From positions 1,920,001-1,984,000 of the forward strand of contig CAWIGG010000002.1 of the NCBI GenBank assembly GCA_963835575.1: 64,000 nt of DNA. The letters are read 5' to 3'. This DNA comes from an uncultured Spirochaetota bacterium (GTDB lineage: Bacteria > Spirochaetota > Brevinematia > Brevinematales > JAOACQ01). How positions within the stretch are numbered: position 1 is the stretch's first letter; the number at the start of each line of letters is the position of its first letter. Below are positions 11,080-20,665 of the stretch, in pieces. The notes beneath the pieces are model-generated. The model had not been told where the DNA came from, did not search any database, and was given only the letters and a program-made list of their open reading frames with translations. The translations under genes and the position numbers were made by a program.

Positions 11080-11291
11080 TCCGCTAATGCACGCGAATAG
11101 ACGCGAATAAAACGTTAATGGATTGAAGATAGAAAAAAATCACACGAATGGAAAAATGAACTGCAATGTAAAATATAAAACATATAGTTAGTGATACTAA
11201 TGCTTTTTGAGTCTTATTGATTTGAAAAAATGAAACAAATATATTGAATATTTTCTAAAGTGAATTTTAAATTAGCGTGGCTTAGCGGAAG
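11074..11291 (+). repeat. Three-unit terminal inverted-repeat element (family B)
   Basis: GGGTAATCCGCTAATGCACGCGAATAGACGCGAA ... TTAGCGTGGCTTAGCGGAAG; the same ends occur at 37310, 39068 and 43890. Confidence 0.85.
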
Positions 11292-11397
11292 ATTTAATAG
11301 TGAAGAGGAACCATCTTTGTTTCTTTGTGATTAAAAAAGTTTTAAAGTTCATGATTTAAAAAATTATTCCTTAAATTCTTGCTGGAGGTATTTTATT

Positions 11398-11929
11398 ATG
11401 TTCATGGAATTACTCCGGAAAAGAAGAAGCATCAGAAAAGTATAAAAAAGCGCCCGTTGAAAAGGAAAAATTAGAGTCTCTCAAGGAAGCAGTGCTTTTA
11501 TCCCCTTCCTCAAGAGGCATCAATCCCTGGGAATTTGTCTTTGTAACCGACCAGGAATTGTTAAAGCAATTATCCCGGTCCAAGACGCACAGCTCCGATT
11601 TCCTGAAGGACGCTCCTCTGGGAATAGTAATCTGCGCGGATGAAGCAAAAACGGATGCCTGGATAGAAGACTGCTCCATCGCTTCCATAATTGTTCAATT
11701 GGCTGCCGAATCCCTCGGGCTTTCAAGCTGCTGGATCCAGATCAGGAACAGGATGCATAAAGACGAGATCACCTCTGAGAAGTATATAAAAAATCTTCTC
11801 GAAATCCCGCTTCATTTTAAAGTCCAATCCATTATCGCCATAGGTTATCCCGATGAAAAAAAGAAGCCGCATACAAAAGATGAACTGGATTTCGGCAAAA
11901 TATCCTTGAATAAATACGAGGAAAAATAA
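11398..11929 (+). pseudogene. Nitroreductase family protein with a +1 frameshift near codon 14
   Basis: GGAGG RBS and ATG 11398 give MFMELLRKRRSIRK-V-stop; the family sequence continues YKKAPVEKEKLESLKEAVLLSPSSRGINPW in the +1 frame to 11929. Confidence 0.85.
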
Positions 11930-11935
11930 ATCAAG

Positions 11936-12175
11936 CTATCTTGATGAATCCTGAAGATTATTGAGAATTCTTTCGAGGTGTTTTTCAAACCCGTCCCTAT
12001 CAATATCTGAAAAGCCGTTATAGTATATTTCGTTCATTTTTTCTGATACTTCCAGATACTTATCCTGCATGGCTTTGTCTTTTTCAGCCCGTTCGATAAT
12101 GATCTTCCGGCGGTCCTCCTTCGAATAAACACGGCGGATAAATCCGTCCAATTCAAGACGGTCCGGCATGTTCAT
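11936..12175 (-). pseudogene. C-terminal fragment of a MarR-family regulator
   Basis: DRLELDGFIRRVYSKEDRRKIII wing motif present; N-terminal helices and HTH absent. Confidence 0.7.
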
Positions 12176-12274
12176 GAACTTAAAAAATATTTTTTTAAAA
12201 CTATTGACAAAATAAATATTTTGTTGTACCATATACTTAGTTATACTAAATATAATGTTATGGAAGGTACTTTC

Positions 12275-12628
12275 ATGGCTGAAACCAATGCGCAGCTTAA
12301 AAAAGGGGTCATCGAAATCCTGATCTTAAAACTGCTTAGCAGTCAGAAGATGTACGGCTACCAGCTCCTTCAAGAGCTTGACAGTAAAAGCAACGGTGTT
12401 TTTAAGATGAAGGAGGGCACCCTCTATCCGGTTTTGTACCGCCTTGAGGATGACAAATTTATTACGAGTTTATGGGAAGAACCGGATCGCAGCAGCTCCG
12501 ATAAGCGTCCTGTGCCCCGTAAATATTACCAGATTACGGCAAGCGGTTCGACTGAGCTTGCCAGGCATATTTCCGATCTCCGCAATTTAATAAACGGGAT
12601 CAATCTCATTCTAGAGGAGGAATTTTAA
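12275..12628 (+). CDS. PadR-family transcriptional regulator
   Basis: LKKG...MYGYQL...EGTLYPVLYRLE...RKYYQIT. Confidence 0.93.
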   Translation: MAETNAQLKKGVIEILILKLLSSQKMYGYQLLQELDSKSNGVFKMKEGTLYPVLYRLEDDKFITSLWEEPDRSSSDKRPVPRKYYQITASGSTELARHISDLRNLINGINLILEEEF

Positions 12629-12629
12629 A

Positions 12630-13412
12630 ATGCAGGACAAAATTGAGGATTTTATCAATAAAGTGATCGATAGGCTGGTAGTCGATGAACAGTTAAAAAC
12701 GAGAATTGGCCAGGATTTGCGCGCACATATCAACGAAGCTTCACTCAGCCGGAATGAAGAGGAAGTTCTCGGCAAAATGGGTAGTCCTTCCGAAGTGGCC
12801 CGCGAGTTTATGGATTCTATTTATGAAAACAAGAACGAAGTCATTGAACGGTTGATCCGGGAACGTCTTAAAGTCAAACAGCTCCTGGCGGATTACTTCG
12901 AGTACCGGAGTAAAGCTCATATTTTTGGTCTGCCGCTTCTTCATATAAAGTTTCGCAGACACCTTAAAGCCAAACCCGGTACAGCCAAAGGGATCATTGC
13001 CATCGGCAACCGGGCGATCGGTGCGGTCGCTGTCGGAAGATTTTGCTGCGGCGGTTTATGTTTCGGCATTTTTCCCATCGGTCTTGTCGCCTTCGGTTCC
13101 TTCAGCAGCGGTGTTATTGCCTTCGGCGGTTTCGCTGTCGGGATAATGGCGCTTGGAGGTATTGCCGCCGGATTATTGGCTGCGGGCGGTATAGCCTTTG
13201 GGCTCAGTGCATTTGGAGGTTTCGCCTTCGGCTTTATTTCAGGAGGCGGGATTGCGCAGGGTGTGGTCGCCATGGGCGGCCATACAATAGGAGAATATAT
13301 CGGTACTCCCTCTTCAGCCGAGCAAATCAAGGCTTTGATCCGCCAGGCATACCCCCATATCAGCGAATGGATCCTTAATATCATTGTTTTCTTCAAGTTT
13401 TTCTATACCTGA
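12630..13412 (+). CDS. PadR-associated membrane protein (N-terminal helical domain plus Gly-rich membrane repeats)
   Basis: ELxxHI-like...MGSPSEVAREF N-terminus, AKGIIAIG followed by repeated G-x-x-A-x-G units. Confidence 0.75.
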   Translation: MQDKIEDFINKVIDRLVVDEQLKTRIGQDLRAHINEASLSRNEEEVLGKMGSPSEVAREFMDSIYENKNEVIERLIRERLKVKQLLADYFEYRSKAHIFGLPLLHIKFRRHLKAKPGTAKGIIAIGNRAIGAVAVGRFCCGGLCFGIFPIGLVAFGSFSSGVIAFGGFAVGIMALGGIAAGLLAAGGIAFGLSAFGGFAFGFISGGGIAQGVVAMGGHTIGEYIGTPSSAEQIKALIRQAYPHISEWILNIIVFFKFFYT

Positions 13413-13486
13413 TATTGATTGTTGGAAACTCCTTGCTTTTTGTAAAAATTGTTAAACTGGATTAAAGAAAATATGGAGGCATTAAT

Positions 13487-14680
13487 ATGCTCGAATCGAA
13501 AAGGATTTATTTCATGGACAGTTTAAGGGCTATTACCATTTTTCTGGTCATAGTATTACATGCGTCCCTTGCATTTGTAACACCCCCATTCCCCGGTTTT
13601 GTACACGACCCGAGGCCGAACAACTTGTTTTACTTCATTGTTTTCACATTGGAAGGTCATGTTATGATGTCGGTAATGTTCTTTGTGGCCGGATTTTTTA
13701 TGCTGAAGTCGCTCTACAAAAAGGGACCGGCCGGTTTCATAAAGGGTAAGTTATTACGGCTGGGAATACCGTTTATCGCCGGATCGCTGATCCTGGCCCC
13801 TTTATTAGGATTGACCTCATATTATTCCGACCATAACCCGGTCCATTTTATCAGCGATTTTCTAGGTTTTTTTCAGTACCGGTATTTTACCCAATACCAG
13901 TTCTGGTTTCTGGGCATCTTAATGACTTTTTTTCTCATAATGTCCATTCTTTATTTATTCATCGGGAAAAAAGCCGCGGCGCCGCTGAAAAAACAGGCAA
14001 AACCGTCCCCGTCACTTCTTATAGGTTTATTCATTATTACGACAGCGCTCAGCTTCATCATAAATCTGTTTGTCAAGAACTACGAGTGGACCATGCTGTA
14101 TATCATTCAGTTCCAGACAATAAAAATCCCGATCTATATCAGTTATTTTCTGCTTGGAATATACGCATACAGGAAGGGATGGTTCGAGAACGGCTACACT
14201 CCGAATATTTATTTATGGGCCCCTCTTTTTCTTATATCGTCAATTGCCAGTTTCATCATTTACGCCTTGCCGCTCGATTCATTTTCTTTCTGGAAATTGA
14301 TCCATAATTCGGTTATCAGCCTCCAGATTATGTCAGCCCTTTTTACCCTTCTATCAATAGCCCGTAAGACGATGGATAAAGACACGCTTTTCCTGCGGGA
14401 AATTTCCAGAAGCAGTTTTACGGTATATATCATTCACTTGAACATACTTTTCATGGTTGTCTATTTTTCCAGGGACCTCATGATACCGTCGTTTATGAAA
14501 TTCCTTCTTCAGGCCGCTTCAGCAGCTATTTTGAGCTGGATAACGGCTTTGCTGTTGATCAGGATCCCCGGATTAAGGATCATCCTCGACGAATCCGGAA
14601 GGAGAGCTAGGAAAGGCAATCAAAACACGATTTCAAAAAACGGCAAGGACAGTAAAACATTAGATTACGTTAAAAACTAG
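13487..14680 (+). CDS. Acyltransferase-3 family membrane protein
   Basis: RIYFMDSLRA...VIVLH, FFVAGFF, RLGIP, FWFL, YIIH. Confidence 0.88.
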   Translation: MLESKRIYFMDSLRAITIFLVIVLHASLAFVTPPFPGFVHDPRPNNLFYFIVFTLEGHVMMSVMFFVAGFFMLKSLYKKGPAGFIKGKLLRLGIPFIAGSLILAPLLGLTSYYSDHNPVHFISDFLGFFQYRYFTQYQFWFLGILMTFFLIMSILYLFIGKKAAAPLKKQAKPSPSLLIGLFIITTALSFIINLFVKNYEWTMLYIIQFQTIKIPIYISYFLLGIYAYRKGWFENGYTPNIYLWAPLFLISSIASFIIYALPLDSFSFWKLIHNSVISLQIMSALFTLLSIARKTMDKDTLFLREISRSSFTVYIIHLNILFMVVYFSRDLMIPSFMKFLLQAASAAILSWITALLLIRIPGLRIILDESGRRARKGNQNTISKNGKDSKTLDYVKN

Positions 14681-14738
14681 CCGCCCGCCCGGAATGGCCC
14701 GGCAGTTGTTTATTATTTTATATTAAGGAGTTTTTGAT

Positions 14739-15635
14739 ATGACGGCGGTTGAAGTCAATCACATAGTCAAGTCCTATTCAGGCAAGACGGCGGTCAATGA
14801 TCTTTCCTTTACTGTCGTTCCCGGTGAAATATTAGGCCTCATTGGCCCTAATGGCGCGGGTAAAAGTACCGCCATCAAGCTGATACTCGATTTCATCAAG
14901 CCGGACTCGGGAAGCGTGGCTGTATTCGGCGAAACGTTGAATGAAAAAACCAAGAATCGAATCGGCTACCTGCCTGAAGAAAGAGGCCTGTACAAAAAAT
15001 TACCGGCAATTAATCTTATCATTTACCTTGCCTCCCTTAAGGGTATGGACAGGCGCCCGGCAGAAAGAAAAGCCGATGCGCTGCTCCGGCAAACCGGCAT
15101 GCTGTCGAACAAAAAAATGAAGATTGAGGAAATGAGCAAGGGCATGGGGCAGATGATCCAATTAATCGTCACCATTATCCATGACCCGGAATTGATTATT
15201 CTGGATGAGCCCTTCTCCGGTCTTGACCCGGTGAATACAGATCTGTTGAAGAAAATACTTGGCAGTTTGAGGGACCAAGGAAAGGCCATAATCCTGAGCA
15301 CGCACCGGATGAATGATGTTGAGGAGCTTTGCGACCGCATACTCATGATAAACAATGGGCGCGCCGTCCTGTACGGGGGCCTGAAAGAAATCAAAACAAA
15401 ATATAGGAACCATTCGGTTCTTGTGGATATTGAGGGTGAAGCCGGTGAAATACCGGGAGTTATAGAGAAACGGCCCCGCAAAGGCTTTATTGAACTGGTC
15501 CTGGACAGGGACACAACCCCTCAGCAAATTCTTGAGAAACTGTTCAACCGTGGAATTACAGTCAACCGTTTTGAGACGGCTTCACTTTCACTCAATGAAA
15601 TATTCCTGAAGGAGGCGGGCAAAAATGATGAATAA
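14739..15635 (+). CDS. ABC transporter ATP-binding protein
   Basis: GPNGAGKS, MSKGM signature, ILDEPFSGLDP, STH. Confidence 0.95.
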   Translation: MTAVEVNHIVKSYSGKTAVNDLSFTVVPGEILGLIGPNGAGKSTAIKLILDFIKPDSGSVAVFGETLNEKTKNRIGYLPEERGLYKKLPAINLIIYLASLKGMDRRPAERKADALLRQTGMLSNKKMKIEEMSKGMGQMIQLIVTIIHDPELIILDEPFSGLDPVNTDLLKKILGSLRDQGKAIILSTHRMNDVEELCDRILMINNGRAVLYGGLKEIKTKYRNHSVLVDIEGEAGEIPGVIEKRPRKGFIELVLDRDTTPQQILEKLFNRGITVNRFETASLSLNEIFLKEAGKNDE

Positions 15636-16845
15636 AACATATTTGATTTTCAAACATGAATTCCTTTATACAATAAAAAGGACCGGGTTTATCATTATGA
15701 CCCTGTTTGTGCCTTTATCGGCTCTTCTGTGTATTGGGACCGGAAGGCTCGTATCATCTTTAACCAGGCCGCCGGTAATAGAAATAAAGAACATCGGATA
15801 TGTTGACGAGGCCGGTAAATTCAATCATTTCACCGTTCAGGGATATATAAAGCTGGTCCGTTTTAATACCCGGGAAAATGCCGTTCAAGCCCTTATCAGG
15901 CATGAAGTTTCAGAATATTTTGTCATTCCGAAAGATTATATATCAGGCGGGCTGATCCATCGATATACGCTTGAGAAGGAGGTGGATACGCCGCCTGCAG
16001 TAAAAGCTGTCATTAAGAATTTTCTTACGGGAAATCTCCTGGCGGACAAAGTTCCGCCGGTTATTGTCAGCCTGATAGAATCCCCCTTGAACCTGGAGGT
16101 CACCCGGCTTGCCAAAAACGGGACTGCGGCCCTTGAACAAAGCGGATTCGGTAATATTATCATTCCCGGAATTTTCAGCCTTCTTCTGGCCTTATCTTTG
16201 ATGTTCATTTCCAGCTACTTAATTCAGGGGCTGGGGGAAGAGAAAGAGAGCCGCCTTATTGAGATATTATTATCCTCTGTTTCCGCCCGGCAATTGATCA
16301 CCGGCAAGGTTCTGGCATTGGGTTCCGCCGGGCTTATGCAGGTTTTAGTCTGGCTGATCTCGGCTCCTCTGTTATTAAACCTGGCCTTATCTTCTTTCGG
16401 CGGCTTTCCCGGCAGGATACAAATACCGGCCAATTTCTTTATCCTTGGGACCGTCTATTTTATTCTGGGTTATTTATTATTCGCCGTTTTTTCGGTTGGT
16501 ATCGGCGCTGTTAGCCCCAATGCACGGGTTGGACAACAGCTGTCATTGATTTATACGCTTTTCGGCTACGCGCCGCTCTGGTTTTTATCTCTATTGATTT
16601 TCTTTCCGAAAAGTCCTATCTGGGTTGTCTTGATGATTTTCCCTGTCACGGCTCCAGTGCAGACGATGCTCAGGCTGGGTGTGACGGATATTCCCGCCTG
16701 GGAACTTGCAGCCAGTATAGCTGTGATGATACTTTCCATCATCGGGGGTTTATTATTGGTGACCAGGGTTTTCAGGGTTTATCTGCTCATGCATGGGAAA
16801 AAGCCGAATCTTGGAGAAATATTCCATAATTTAAGAAACGGATAA
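15625..16845 (+). CDS. ABC-2 type transporter permease
   Basis: EEKESRLIEILLSSV...GKVL motif, multiple TM helices, overlaps the ATPase gene. Confidence 0.9.
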   Translation: MMNKTYLIFKHEFLYTIKRTGFIIMTLFVPLSALLCIGTGRLVSSLTRPPVIEIKNIGYVDEAGKFNHFTVQGYIKLVRFNTRENAVQALIRHEVSEYFVIPKDYISGGLIHRYTLEKEVDTPPAVKAVIKNFLTGNLLADKVPPVIVSLIESPLNLEVTRLAKNGTAALEQSGFGNIIIPGIFSLLLALSLMFISSYLIQGLGEEKESRLIEILLSSVSARQLITGKVLALGSAGLMQVLVWLISAPLLLNLALSSFGGFPGRIQIPANFFILGTVYFILGYLLFAVFSVGIGAVSPNARVGQQLSLIYTLFGYAPLWFLSLLIFFPKSPIWVVLMIFPVTAPVQTMLRLGVTDIPAWELAASIAVMILSIIGGLLLVTRVFRVYLLMHGKKPNLGEIFHNLRNG

Positions 16846-16962
16846 TCAAATTGTCTAACTATAATCTCATTAATCCGCTTTTACGAAATTATTTCCGGAA
16901 TATTTAAGATCATCACTTGACCCTATTCAATTTAACTCATATATTTAATAAAAGGATTTCAT

Positions 16963-17793
16963 ATGTTAGAAAGCAAGTTCGCCGAGATCGGCGGCATGAG
17001 GATTTTTTACATAGAATCAAAACCTGAAAAGCTGAAAGCTGAAACTCAGAATATCCTCTTTATCCATGGCTTTTTCTCGAGGGGTAAAAGTTTTACCAAA
17101 CTGATGGAAGGGCTCTCCGGGGATTATATCATGTACGCGCCCGACCTGCCGGGAAACGGAGCGTCGGATAATTTTCCGGACAGGGAGCTCAGCTTCAAAA
17201 AATACGCCGGATTCCTCATAAGCTTCTGTTCTTATTTCGGAATAAAGAAAACTATTATCGCCGGGGACTCGATGGGCGGCGGCCTTTCAATCGTACTGGC
17301 CGGGTTGTACCCCGATCTCATATCAAAAGTCATACTCATCGATTCCATTACCTATCAGACAAAACAGCCGTTATCGACAAAAATACTTCTTTCTCCCCTG
17401 TTCGGGCCTTTTATCTTTAAAAGGCTTTTTAACTGGGATCAGTTCAAGACCTTTTTCACCCGGGGCGTTTACCAGGACGACTCGAAGATCAATATGGACG
17501 AGTTGAAAGAGAACTATGTCCTTTTCGACACGCCTTCCCGTCGGGAATTTTCATACCGCCTGGCAAAGATGGCGACAGATGTCGGCGAAGTCGAGGCAAT
17601 GATCCCGCTTGTCAATGCCCCTACCCTCATCATCTGGGGCGAGAACGACAGGCTTGTACCGGTGGAGAACGGCAGGAGACTGGAAGAAGAAATGAAAAAC
17701 TCGAGGCTTGAAATCATTCCCGGTACCGGCCATGCCTCTTTTGACGAGAAGCCGGAGACCGCGCTGGTATTGATTAAGGGTTTTTTAAAATAG
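16963..17793 (+). CDS. Alpha/beta-fold hydrolase
   Basis: HGF, DLPGNGAS, GDSMGG nucleophile elbow, WGEND, PGTGH catalytic His. Confidence 0.93.
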   Translation: MLESKFAEIGGMRIFYIESKPEKLKAETQNILFIHGFFSRGKSFTKLMEGLSGDYIMYAPDLPGNGASDNFPDRELSFKKYAGFLISFCSYFGIKKTIIAGDSMGGGLSIVLAGLYPDLISKVILIDSITYQTKQPLSTKILLSPLFGPFIFKRLFNWDQFKTFFTRGVYQDDSKINMDELKENYVLFDTPSRREFSYRLAKMATDVGEVEAMIPLVNAPTLIIWGENDRLVPVENGRRLEEEMKNSRLEIIPGTGHASFDEKPETALVLIKGFLK

Positions 17794-17798
17794 GTTAT

Positions 17799-18015
17799 GG
17801 GCAGTTCTAAAAACTCAAATATTTAGAACTGCCGCTATTATATGAGTTCATGCTACCGTATAGAGTTCGCTGTCTGAAAAGATCATCAACCAGCGAACTC
17901 TATACGGTAGCGTCAATTAAATTTACAAGAGATTCTATAACCGGGGCAGTTCCTCCCTCACCATTTTGGATTGCTTCAAGGCGGGCTTACAAAATGGTGA
18001 GGGATGGAACTGCCC
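17799..18015. mobile_element. Composite ~217-bp MITE (family A ends)
   Basis: GGGCAGTTCT...GGAACTGCCC flanked by TTAT/TTAT; near-identical inverted copy at 33569-33784. Confidence 0.9.
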
Positions 18016-18182
18016 TTATTTTAAAGTTTTATTTATTTAATGATTTTTCTTATATAGGCTTTATTTTTCATTCACTTCAAGATTCTCTCTTTAGTGAAAC
18101 TCTTTATTATCTTTACAAAGCGGCACCTCATATTTTATAATATTAAGGGGGTAGATCAAACTTGGGGATTGGAGCATTCAAA

Positions 18183-18746
18183 ATGGAAAAATTTAATATT
18201 CCCGGGGAAAACAGGGCAGCGCCGAGGACGCCGGTTAATCTTCACATTTCCTGCGAGCAAAACGGGCGTGTCACTCCCTGTGAAATCACTGATTTATCCC
18301 CGCAGGGGATCGGCATAAGAATTAACAGTCTTCTAGTGCCCGGCGACAAGGTAAACATGATTATCGGGGACCATACCCTGCGAGCGGCGGTTGTCCGCTC
18401 AAACGGAAATATGGTCGGATTATGGTTCCGTGATTTGACCAATGACCAATTAAGCTATATTAAGCAGATTTGCAGAAAAAGCGGGAACGGAAATGAGACG
18501 CTGCCCGAAAACGAAATTGTTAATAGCGGGAAAAAGATATATGTATTAAAGGCAGAGACGGAAAAAGACAAGGGATTGCTGGGGCTGTTCCTTGCGTCAT
18601 TAAAAAATAATTTCAAGGGTCTTATTGATGTCGCGCCTCTGGAAAAGGGCGCGTATCAGGTAGAAATTTATGATAATCCCTCATCTGTTACTTCATTCGA
18701 GTCTCTCTTGGTGTTCTGGAAAGCCGGAAATTTAGTATTAAAGTAA
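18183..18746 (+). CDS. PilZ-domain protein with an unknown C-terminal domain
   Basis: RxxxR (RAAPR) and DxSxxG (DLSPQG) c-di-GMP binding motifs; GGAG RBS before ATG 18183. Confidence 0.85.
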   Translation: MEKFNIPGENRAAPRTPVNLHISCEQNGRVTPCEITDLSPQGIGIRINSLLVPGDKVNMIIGDHTLRAAVVRSNGNMVGLWFRDLTNDQLSYIKQICRKSGNGNETLPENEIVNSGKKIYVLKAETEKDKGLLGLFLASLKNNFKGLIDVAPLEKGAYQVEIYDNPSSVTSFESLLVFWKAGNLVLK

Positions 18747-18861
18747 TTAAGACGGCACACTGTGTTAAAAGTCGATTTTTTCCCAAAAGTGAAGTGTTCA
18801 AAATAATTATTTAATTAACCGCGGAGTGCGCTCTTCGGCCCTCGCCGCTTTGTCAGGCCGC

Positions 18862-18982
18862 ATTAAAGAAGGAAATGAAAAACGCGCGGCTTGAAGTCAT
18901 ACCGGATGCCGGCCGCTCCTCTTTTGACGGGAAGCCGGAGATCGCGCTGGTATTGATAAAAAGATCCGTAAGGGCTGAATAG
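18862..18982 (+). repeat. Diverged copy B of the hydrolase gene 3' end
   Basis: Translates LKKEMKNARLEVIPDAGRSSFDGKPEIALVLIK versus the gene's LEEEMKNSRLEIIPGTGHASFDEKPETALVLIK. Confidence 0.9.
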
Positions 18983-19006
18983 TTACGAATTTTTTAGTAA
19001 AATCAA

Positions 19007-19035
19007 TTGACACCCGCGGTCTATCATATTATAAT
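19007..19035 (+). promoter_or_regulatory. Sigma70 promoter of higBA
   Basis: TTGACA-17 nt-TATAAT, ending 6 nt before ATG 19042. Confidence 0.85.
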
Positions 19036-19041
19036 CTAACC

Positions 19042-19320
19042 ATGATAAAATCATTTCGGCATAAAGGCCTGGAAATATTTTTTTACACAGGAAATAAAAA
19101 GGGAATTATTCCGTCCCATGCCGGAAAGCTTGAATTGATACTGGATAAGCTTGAAACAGCTACAGAATTGAAAGACATGAACCGTCCGTATTTCGGCTTT
19201 CATGAACTGAAAGGCGGCCGGAAGGGAACATGGGCAGTTTATGTAAGCGGGAATTGGCGTGTAACTTTTAAGTTTGAAAATGATAATGCTGTATCAGTTG
19301 ATTACGAAGACTATCATTAA
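19042..19320 (+). CDS. higB: HigB/RelE-like toxin (plasmid maintenance killer family)
   Basis: MIKSFRHKGLE...HELKG.RKGTWAV.VSGNWRVTF.F...VDYEDYH. Confidence 0.93.
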   Translation: MIKSFRHKGLEIFFYTGNKKGIIPSHAGKLELILDKLETATELKDMNRPYFGFHELKGGRKGTWAVYVSGNWRVTFKFENDNAVSVDYEDYH

Positions 19321-19332
19321 GGAGATAACGCT

Positions 19333-19632
19333 ATGAATATAACAGAAAGACGGCCGACACACCCGGGTAAAATGCTTCTGGAAACCGAATTGAAACCGTT
19401 AGGTTTAACGGTTACGGAATCAGCCAAACGTCTGGGAATAAGCAGAAAAAACCTTAACGACTTGATTCATGAAGACATATCCCTTAGCCTGAATATGGCG
19501 ATGCGGATAGCAGAGGCAACCGACACAACACCGGAGAGCTGGCTTAATATGCAGCTTCGGTTAGATGTATGGGAAGCAATGCATCGCAAGCGGCCGGAAG
19601 TTAAAAAATTTACCGCCAAGACAGCGGTTTGA
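19333..19632 (+). CDS. higA: HigA antitoxin (HTH-XRE)
   Basis: PTHPGKML...LTVTESAKRLGISR...MAMRI...PESWLNMQ. Confidence 0.93.
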   Translation: MNITERRPTHPGKMLLETELKPLGLTVTESAKRLGISRKNLNDLIHEDISLSLNMAMRIAEATDTTPESWLNMQLRLDVWEAMHRKRPEVKKFTAKTAV

Positions 19633-19742
19633 TAGATAAAATAAAAATCGTTTTTTCCGGATTCAGCGTGCATTCCCCGCCATTTTGATAAGCTGCCCCT
19701 TTATAAGAGCCTCATTTCCCTGAAGAAAGCCGTGATATCGCT

Positions 19743-19856
19743 ATTAAAGAAGGAAATGCAAAATGCCCGGCTTGAAGTCATGAATGGTACCATCCGTGCT
19801 TCTTTTGACAAGAAGCCGGAAATAGCGCTGGAATTGATTAATAATTTTCTAAATAG
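19743..19856 (+). repeat. Diverged copy C of the hydrolase gene 3' end
   Basis: Translates LKKEMQNARLEVMNGTIRASFDKKPEIALELINNFL. Confidence 0.9.
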
Positions 19857-19947
19857 ATATTTTTAAAGTTTGACGGTTCAATAAATGTTAACTAATTCTA
19901 TATCTTTGCGGGTCTTAATATTTCTCAGCGCCGAAGCCGGAATACGC

Positions 19948-19976
19948 TTGACAAATCGCATCGACTGCATTATAGT
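19948..19976 (+). promoter_or_regulatory. Sigma70 promoter of vapBC
   Basis: TTGACA-17 nt-TATAGT. Confidence 0.75.
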
Positions 19977-20006
19977 TTTACCATATATATATCGATGGAG
20001 GCAAAT

Positions 20007-20216
20007 ATGCAATTAACCGTTTCTCCGAAATATCAGATTGCAATTCCGAAGGAAGTGCGGGAATCAATTCATATTAAGGCTGGTCAAAAACTCGATCTTA
20101 TGATAGTTGGAGACACCATTCGGCTTGTTCCCGTCAGGAGCATCAAGGAAATGTTCGGAAAGTTCCCGGAAATAAAGGGAGATATAGAGCGCGAGGAAGA
20201 CAGGGTATTGAAATGA
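20007..20216 (+). CDS. AbrB/MazE/SpoVT-type antitoxin
   Basis: TVSPKYQIAIPKEVRE; GGAGG RBS; ATGA overlap with the PIN gene. Confidence 0.9.
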   Translation: MQLTVSPKYQIAIPKEVRESIHIKAGQKLDLMIVGDTIRLVPVRSIKEMFGKFPEIKGDIEREEDRVLK

Positions 20217-20581
20217 TCGTTCTGGATTCTTCCTGCTGGATTTCAATATTCAAGGGTGAGTCAGGTTCCGAGCGGTATGCGGAAGCTCTGGAAAAAGCCG
20301 ACCGGGTCCTTGTGCCGGGTATCTATATCTATGAAGTCGGGAAGTTATTGATTCGAGAAATCGGCGAAGATCCTGCTCTGGAGGCGATTGCGGCAATGAA
20401 ACAATACCAGATTATTGTGATAGATGCAGATATATCCCTGGAAGCGGCCTTTCTTTCCCTGAAATATGGAATTCCATTTGCCGACAGCATTATACTTGCG
20501 ATTACACAAAAATATCGCGCTGTACTCTGGACAAAGGACGCTCATTTTAAAGGGATTGAAGGCGTTAAATATTGTGAGTAA
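20213..20581 (+). CDS. vapC: PIN-domain toxin (VapC family)
   Basis: VLDSS.W, YEV, FADSII, LWTKDAHF acidic PIN motifs. Confidence 0.88.
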   Translation: MIVLDSSCWISIFKGESGSERYAEALEKADRVLVPGIYIYEVGKLLIREIGEDPALEAIAAMKQYQIIVIDADISLEAAFLSLKYGIPFADSIILAITQKYRAVLWTKDAHFKGIEGVKYCE

Positions 20582-20604
20582 AGAACCGATTTGGAGTCAA
20601 TTAA

Positions 20605-20665
20605 GGGCAGTTCCAAAAACTAAAAAATTTATCAGATATTTCCACAACAGGTTTTGGAACTGCCC
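20605..20665. mobile_element. 61-bp MITE (family A), opposite orientation to the copy at 780
   Basis: Same TIRs and interior; flanked by TTAA/TTAA. Confidence 0.88.

Noticed and set aside
12990..13300. Repetitive Gly/Ala-rich DNA
   Set aside because: It reflects the protein's G-x-x-A-x-G membrane repeats, not a DNA repeat element.
17850..18140. 96-aa ORF after the hydrolase
   Set aside because: It starts inside the composite MITE and reads through palindromic repeat and AT-rich DNA.
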